Shown here: positions 62,216 through 64,000 of the stretch, piece after piece | How the letters are laid out: each line of letters starts with the position of its first letter | How positions within the stretch are numbered: position 1 is the stretch's first letter | Source: Trichosphaerium sp. ATCC 40318 | Taxonomy: Eukaryota > Protista > Tubulinea | Direction of reading: 5' to 3' | DNA: 64,000 nt | Assembly: GCA_038496445.1 (NCBI GenBank) | Contig: JALMLS010000159.1 | Location: 1-64,000 of the forward strand | Notes under the pieces: generated by a model | What the model was told of the DNA's origin: nothing | The model's input: only the letters and a program-made list of their open reading frames with translations | The model's database searches: none | Translations under genes and position numbers: made by a program

Positions 62216-63616
62216 TTTATCACGTGTTGCTTGCTTCGTGGGCGGAGGTTGAATATGTTTTTGAAAAGAACACAAAACCCGAAAAGGAAAACATAAAGTT
62301 AATAAACTTTTGTTCAAATTGGTTCTACATTTTTTATTTTGCCTTTGACGCTTGGAAACACCACGAAGACCCTGAATAAGCATAAATTAAGGCTCAATTG
62401 TAAAACTTTAACTAAAACTAAAGAGTTTCATTCGGAAACACATAAATACTGATAATTCGCGTACAATGTTACGAACCATGATGATGTGAGGTGTTTTAAA
62501 GCAGTTTTAAGAATTCCAAAAATGTGTCAATCAATCACGTTTTTATCAGAAATTTTCTGACGACTTTTTTTCAACTTTTTGTGTATTGACGGTATTGTCA
62601 CGTGGTAGGTGCTGGGCCTATTTTTTTGAAAATATGAGATTGGCATTGTCTGAAAACACCTCTGAAGGTGTTTCACGTGATTTAAGTTTCACAAATACGA
62701 TCCTACACACTTCTAGAACAACTCATGCTCAGTCGGTTATACCGGAGCTTTAAAATATCGGAATAACCTAATTCAGATATATACTGCATACTTTATGAAT
62801 TATCGGGTATGGTGAAACTCTCACAAACCTCACAATCACACGTGACCATTGAAAAGAAACTATTACAACAAAACGTACTTTTTTTTCAGTTTTGTTTTCG
62901 TTAAAATATTTGTTGTTCATCCCCATTTGTATGGTGTTCACTTTGAACGTTACAATACCCTTCAATGGCATTATTAGTAGTTTTTAATCGTACTTCATAT
63001 CACTAGAAGGCTCGGGTAAATATTTCCAGCGCGTATTTGAATACTCACTTTGTAGCACTTCTGAATTTCTAAAAATAGTGAACAATAAATGAACTGTACC
63101 GCTACATGTGCTGTATTATAGACACTCTGAAAGTATAAAATGTTTAACAACACAACGTATACGAGTATTCAGGCGTTCTAAACCAGTAACATGAAGTATT
63201 TGGGATCAACAATTTTGAGATGTTTGATGAATTAGTTTGCATGTTTCAAAAAGAAATTGAACACCCTGTCTACATTAGACGGTAGCTTGAGTAGTTACAA
63301 CCGATTCATAGGCTAGTAAAACAGTTTGAAATGTGACATCTTCATCCATAATTAAAGTGGTATAACTTGCTGATGCTCGTAGTACGCTTGTCTCCTATGC
63401 TTTCGTGTTCACTTTCGCGTTTTAGCTTTTTTCCAAACAATAGGATATTTATGCAGTTCACTATTTTGAGTCTTGTCACACCGTCAAAGTGATGTCGACC
63501 ACAAAGTCAGCTACCAAGTTCACCTTTATACTCTAACCAAACCAAACTTGCATGATACGGCTAATACTTCCGGCTTTTGAAGCGGACGAATTAAAAAAAT
63601 CATGACTGGCAAGATG

Positions 63617-63973
63617 TAGTGGTGTTAAAGAGTCGACTTTTGACTGACTCGACTCAGTCGCCCAAAAAAATCAAAATCGACTTACGACTGACTTGGGCGA
63701 CTTGAACGTCAAAAGGTACTCCCTTTGAGCCTTTCAGAAGCTTTCTGCATTCTAATTTTTCACAAAATGAGCTTTTTATGAGAATACGCTACAAGCGCCA
63801 CAGCACCAACATAGAGTGAACGGTAACTTGACACACCAATGTGATGCCACCAAAGTGCTTAGGCGCTGTATTTTTCCTAATTTTTTCTGAAATTGAGGCC
63901 ATTTCAAGTCGCCCAAGTCAGCCGATGCCAAAATTTTGAGTCGACTTGGTGAGTCAGTCGTTTAACATCACTA
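63617..63973. mobile_element. hAT-type MITE (357 bp) with perfect 8-bp TSD
   Basis: TIR TAGTGGTGTTAAA / TTTAACATCACTA. GCAAGATG is duplicated at 63609-63616 and 63974-63981. GTCGAC/GACT subterminal repeats. Confidence 0.92.
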
Positions 63974-64000
63974 GCAAGATGACTATACGAAAAGCACTTC

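Overview
AT-rich eukaryotic genomic DNA, probably from a protist (amoeba-like gene content). It uses the standard code and has many short (about 40-100 nt) GT-AG introns, so the ORF track fragments most genes; the gene models below were spliced by eye and their boundaries are approximate. The window is a dynamic, duplication-rich region. The main finding is a three-copy family of unusual Roco proteins: an N-terminal array of variable-number MORN repeats, a Roc GTPase, a COR domain, a PARP-type ADP-ribosyltransferase with an intact H-Y-E triad, and a pseudo-receiver domain. Copy 1 is a pseudogene; copies 2 and 3 form an inverted segmental duplication. Each copy lies next to a cytochrome P450 gene or remnant. 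Also present: a three-copy family with an RS-rich N-terminus and, in the two full copies, an RNxxxH (HEPN-like) domain; three degenerate GTPases (eEF1A-like, Ras-like with G12V/Q61R equivalents, Rho-like); a divergent eS30; F-box proteins with LRR, MORN-variant or ZZ-finger modules; a filamin-repeat protein lacking a CH domain but with a central PEVK-like segment; an SDR; a GPI-type surface protein; several intron-containing gene fragments; and three families of non-autonomous DNA transposons. My inference, untested, is that this is a rapidly evolving innate-immunity or conflict locus built around an NLR-like sensor-GTPase-ART protein.
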